From contig NC_081362.1 in the NCBI RefSeq assembly GCF_030684315.1, positions 97,261,187 to 97,325,186 of the forward strand: DNA of 64,000 nt. The letters run 5' to 3'. Below are positions 60,841 to 64,000 of this stretch, piece after piece. Within the stretch, counting starts at the first letter, position 1; each line of letters begins with the position of its first letter. A program made the position numbers and the translations under genes. A model generated the notes under the pieces. It had not been told where the DNA came from. It was given only the letters and a program-made list of their open reading frames with translations, and made no database searches. Source of the stretch: Stegostoma tigrinum (lineage: Eukaryota).

Positions 60841-63800
60841 TCCATCCATCCATGTTTTTACTCAGCCCCACTCCTTGGTCCTTTTATGAATTGGAATGTT
60901 TTCTGCATGGCCAGTCCATTTTCTCCTAGTCTTAGCTTTCATTATCATTTATTCAGCTTCTCTTTTGTCCTTGCTTACTGTCAATAATCCCTCTGCTTGC
61001 TTACCCTTTTCATCTCTCTCTCTCTCTCGGGCCCCATCTCCAGCTGTTTGATCACTCTCAATTCCATTTGTCTCCCAGGCCCCACCCTGCCGCCACCACC
61101 CCCCCCGTCTTTAGCACATCTATCATTGTTTCCCAGCTCCTAACAGTTCCCACCCAGTCATCAGCTTAAATATCATGCTTCCCAGCTATGTTCTGTTCAT
61201 GATGAAGAGTCACTGGTTTTGAAATGTTGAGTCCGCTTTTTCCGCAGCGATGCTGCCAGACCTGCTGAGTTTCCTCAGCAATGTCTCTTTATTCTGCAAA
61301 ACATTAAATGGGACTCTTGATTAACAGTCTCAAAATAAGACCACGAGATCTTCGCTTCAACTTCCCACCAAAACATATCCCTCCAGTCTGCCCAGTATTG
61401 AGTTGCAGCATCGGCCATACGGCAGCCCATTTCACTGGACTGTTGCACTCTTCCTGGAGATTGCCAATCTCCATTTTACTTTTTAACCACATTTCTGACT
61501 TTCGTGTCATTGACAAATTGTGAAATTGTGCTTAGTACACCTAAATCCAATTCACTAACGTAAACCCCAAAAAAATACAGTGCTCTTCATTCCTAACCAG
61601 CTCCAGAACTAAGGGTCACAGTCTACAAATAACGGGTAAGCCATTCAGAACTGAGATGAGGAATAATTTCTTCACTCTGAGAGTTGTGAACCTGTGGAAT
61701 TCTCTCCCACAGGGAACTGTTGGGGCCAATTCATTAGATATATTCAAGAGGGAACTGGTCCTTGTAGCAAAGGGGATCAAGGGGTTAGGGAGAAAGTGGG
61801 GGTGGGATACTGAGATTGAATATCAATTGAAAGTGAGAACTGTAGTCTATTGGCATATTCCTGATCCTGGAGTCCTGAGGACAGTTGTAGGATGAGTGCT
61901 TTCCAGCTTTCTGAGATTATCTATTTCACTTAGATTTGTCAGGTTGACTTCATGGCATTTTGTTCCCCTCGGCAACTCATCACTTCAGTTTGTTTCATTT
62001 ATAAAAGATATTACAACAAAGGCAGGTCATTGTACCTCAGAGATGCTGCCACTTGTCCAACTCGTGAAGCAGATAAAGCTTCTGGTGATTCCTTCCATAT
62101 TCCATATATGAAACCTTCCAGTGTTTCTATCTTTAACAACTCTTCCCCACTCTCTGCTCTCCTCACATCTTACATTTTTCAATTGCTGCATTTCTCTAAG
62201 TTATATATTTTTCCACGGTATCTAACTGCTTGATCAAAGTGGAGTATTTTACACATTTTACCATTAAATCTCTAACTGATTGTGAGACTACTACTGATAA
62301 TATTTCTGTGGTTTCATCTCTGATGCTTGTCTCAGTTACTCAGATGGATTGAGCTGTTGTGGTTTTGAGATTAAATTGATAGATGCACTCAGCTGGCTTG
62401 TTAATATCCATCTCAGTAAGTTCTCACGCATCAAAAGAATGACAACATGGCCCATATTCAGAAGAAGAAAGAACTGCTTCTGACTTAAGAAGGTGCTAAA
62501 ATTTCACCAAAGTTGAATGGGCACACAACTGGGTGTGGGCTGCAGCAATGGCCAACCTGCTCTTGTCAGACCAAGCCCATAGACCTTCACACGCAATGGT
62601 CTGTACACATCTCTGTTCCACTTTCATATTTCAAGTGTGTTTAATATCAGACTGTGTTCCCATTGGCAATGCTTGTTGTATAAAGTAATTGGCCTGAAAG
62701 TGTTACTATTGAAATTACATGGAGCTGCATTTAATCTTGTGATTTTCTGTCCAGGCCAGCATTTATTGCTCATTGCTAATTTCTCAGTGGCCAGTCAAGA
62801 GCCAACCACTTTACTGTAGATCTAGAGTCACATGTAGGCCAGACCAGGTAAGGGTTCCTTAATGATACTTGTGTAAAGAGAGATCCTGGAATGAGATCTC
62901 AATGGAGACAATGTTACATCCCTGGTTTTTGCTAGTCTTTGTAGTTGTTCCAAATGAGTCAATGCAACTTGCACTCAACATTATCATGCATTATTTAAGC
63001 TAAGTGCCTCTTCTTGTTCAGACTCCCTATGGGTTTATCCTTTACCACCCATTAGTTCAATAGGCTCTTAGTGTCAGCATGTAAAGGAAGGACGAGGGTT
63101 CCTGTGGTGGAATAGAAGCATCCAGGTGTCTGAACCAGGAGGCTCAGGGTCAAGGCCCTCCTATGCCAAATAGGTGCCATAATATGTCTCAACAGGTTGG
63201 CTACAATCACTGTAAAGGAGGCATGGTAGCAGAATAGAAACTGAAAGAACTGTGGGTGCTGAAAATCAGAAACAAAAACAGGAACTGCTGGAAAAACTCA
63301 GCAGGTCTGGCAGCACCTGTGGAGGGAAATCAGAGTTAATGATTTGGGTCCAGTGACCCTTCCTCAGAATGGGTAGGTCTGGTAGCAGCAAATTACCAAA
63401 AGCATAAGCTGCTAGTGGTACCACAACATGCAACGTGCTGATCAGCTATGCAGTTGCTATGTTAAAGCTCACAGTGACAACAGTGGAAAAAAAATTCCAT
63501 TTGACTCAGGACAAAAACAAAACTCCCAGGAATAAAATGAGCTGCAAGTGACTAAACAGAGAAGCAGTCAGCAATTGCATGAGAAAAGCAGGTAGGTGAA
63601 AGCAGTTCTCCAGAAGGAAACTTTCACCTTGCAGGTGGTAAGACGTGCAGGAGAAACAGCAAGAGAGTGAAACCCAGTCACACTGGGAATTGACAGAGTC
63701 ACGACAGAAGGACGATCTGTGGCAGCAGTTCAGAGCTCCATGAGTAAAGTTAGAATTCCTACCTGATAAGAGGGAGCAAGTGTAAAATGACAGCAGGAAG

Positions 63801-64000
63801 GATCAGGTTGGAAAGGAGCAGGCTGAGACAGATGGAAGTAAAAAGGATCTAATGCTCAGCAATATTGACTGTAATCGCCATCGGGAGCTTCTCCAGAAAC
63901 AGCTACTATGTAAAGGACAAAGGCCAGAAAACCAAACAACTCCAACACCACGTTATATACAAAACTGCATTTAAGGCAGGAAGAAGAAATTAAAATCTAC

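Noticed and set aside
55300-64000. Additional host gene exons (e.g. ORFs 55549..56040, 56383..56586, 58903..59412, 61896..62111)
   Set aside because: Low-complexity or SINE/LINE-derived sequence with no recognisable domain or consistent exon chain; small exons of a neighbouring gene cannot be excluded by eye.

Overview
Vertebrate genomic DNA, almost certainly from a cartilaginous fish (shark), judged from HE1-type V-SINEs, young CR1 LINEs with (TGTTCTA)n tails, Penelope-like elements (PLEs) and shark-type 33-bp minisatellites. Two host genes lie on the + strand. (1) The last five coding exons of PTK2B/Pyk2 (proline-rich region and FAT domain, 1390-18351), with a probable 3' UTR of about 3.4 kb. 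(2) A seven-exon immunoglobulin-superfamily membrane receptor that I assembled by hand from phase-compatible exons (32662-52496, 339 aa). It has a leader, two tandem V-set domains each carrying a germline-joined J-like G strand in the same exon (FGKGTRLNV; NGNGSQLTV), no C domain, and an uncharged GxxxG transmembrane helix. The tail has a CD4/LAT2-like juxtamembrane CxxC (FCIRCTRPG) and two Grb2-type YxN tyrosines (LEYENI, QIYMNV). I do not recognise this architecture as a named gene, and it is the best candidate for an undescribed system. Its first intron holds a G-skewed satellite of about 4.6 kb, dense in AGCT and CACAGTG. The rest of the window is mobile DNA: CR1 copies, a LINE that appears to share its tRNA-like head and its tail with an abundant SINE, and fold-back PLE derivatives with hammerhead motifs and recurring 14-bp target-site duplications (TSDs). 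All calls were made by eye; no database search was run.
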